From: Leucoraja erinacea
Lineage: Eukaryota
Assembly: GCF_028641065.1 (NCBI RefSeq)
Contig: NC_073410.1
Location: 496,001-559,883 of the forward strand
Length of the DNA stretch: 63,883 nt
Reading direction: 5' to 3'
This document shows, piece by piece, positions 63,656 to 63,883 of this stretch (position 1 is its first letter; every line of letters begins with the position of its first letter). Made by a program: the position numbers and the translations under genes. The notes below the pieces were generated by a model. It saw only the letters and a program-made list of their open reading frames with translations, did no database searches and was not told the DNA's origin.

Positions 63656-63883
63656 CCAGGCCGAGTCTAACCAGGAACAATGATGATGTTGAAAGGGCCG
63701 GCAGTTCATCAAAGTCCCGGTTACAGATAGCCCCGGGCTGCAGACCCGCACTAACGCTATTCAACTGTACGGGAACCTCTAGCGGGCCAGACTGTCCTGC
63801 CCGGTACAGGCACTCGCTCTGGGAGTTTAAAACCCCATCTGTATCAGAACGCGTGCATTCGCTGCATTCTGTCACTGGATGTG

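Overview
This window is vertebrate nuclear DNA. The repeat content (CR1-type LINE tails ending in (TTTCTATG)n, tRNA-head SINEs, Penelope remnants) suggests a cartilaginous fish, probably a skate or ray; that assignment is inference. It has two assembly gaps. Four spliced genes were reconstructed by reading GT-AG boundaries and frames: ADAM8 (- strand, coding exons 1-13, continuing off the left edge), TUBGCP2/GCP2 (- strand, 17 coding exons, 897 aa, complete), ZNF511 (+ strand, 6 exons, start codon unresolved) and an Msx homeobox gene (- strand, 2 exons, 257 aa). The order ADAM8-TUBGCP2-ZNF511-Msx matches the mouse Msx3 locus, so the Msx gene is called MSX3. The most striking non-genic signal is a dense family of short Penelope-derived elements. 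They carry a minimal hammerhead-ribozyme core (CTGAAGA-stem II-GAAACGTC) and occur as solo copies, as fold-back hairpins, as 66-bp tandem arrays, and once attached to a GIY-YIG endonuclease remnant. Other points of interest are an RFX X-box-like tandem array in the TUBGCP2/ZNF511 bidirectional promoter, candidate Msx3 enhancers and CTCF sites, and a furin-type site in the ADAM8 prodomain.
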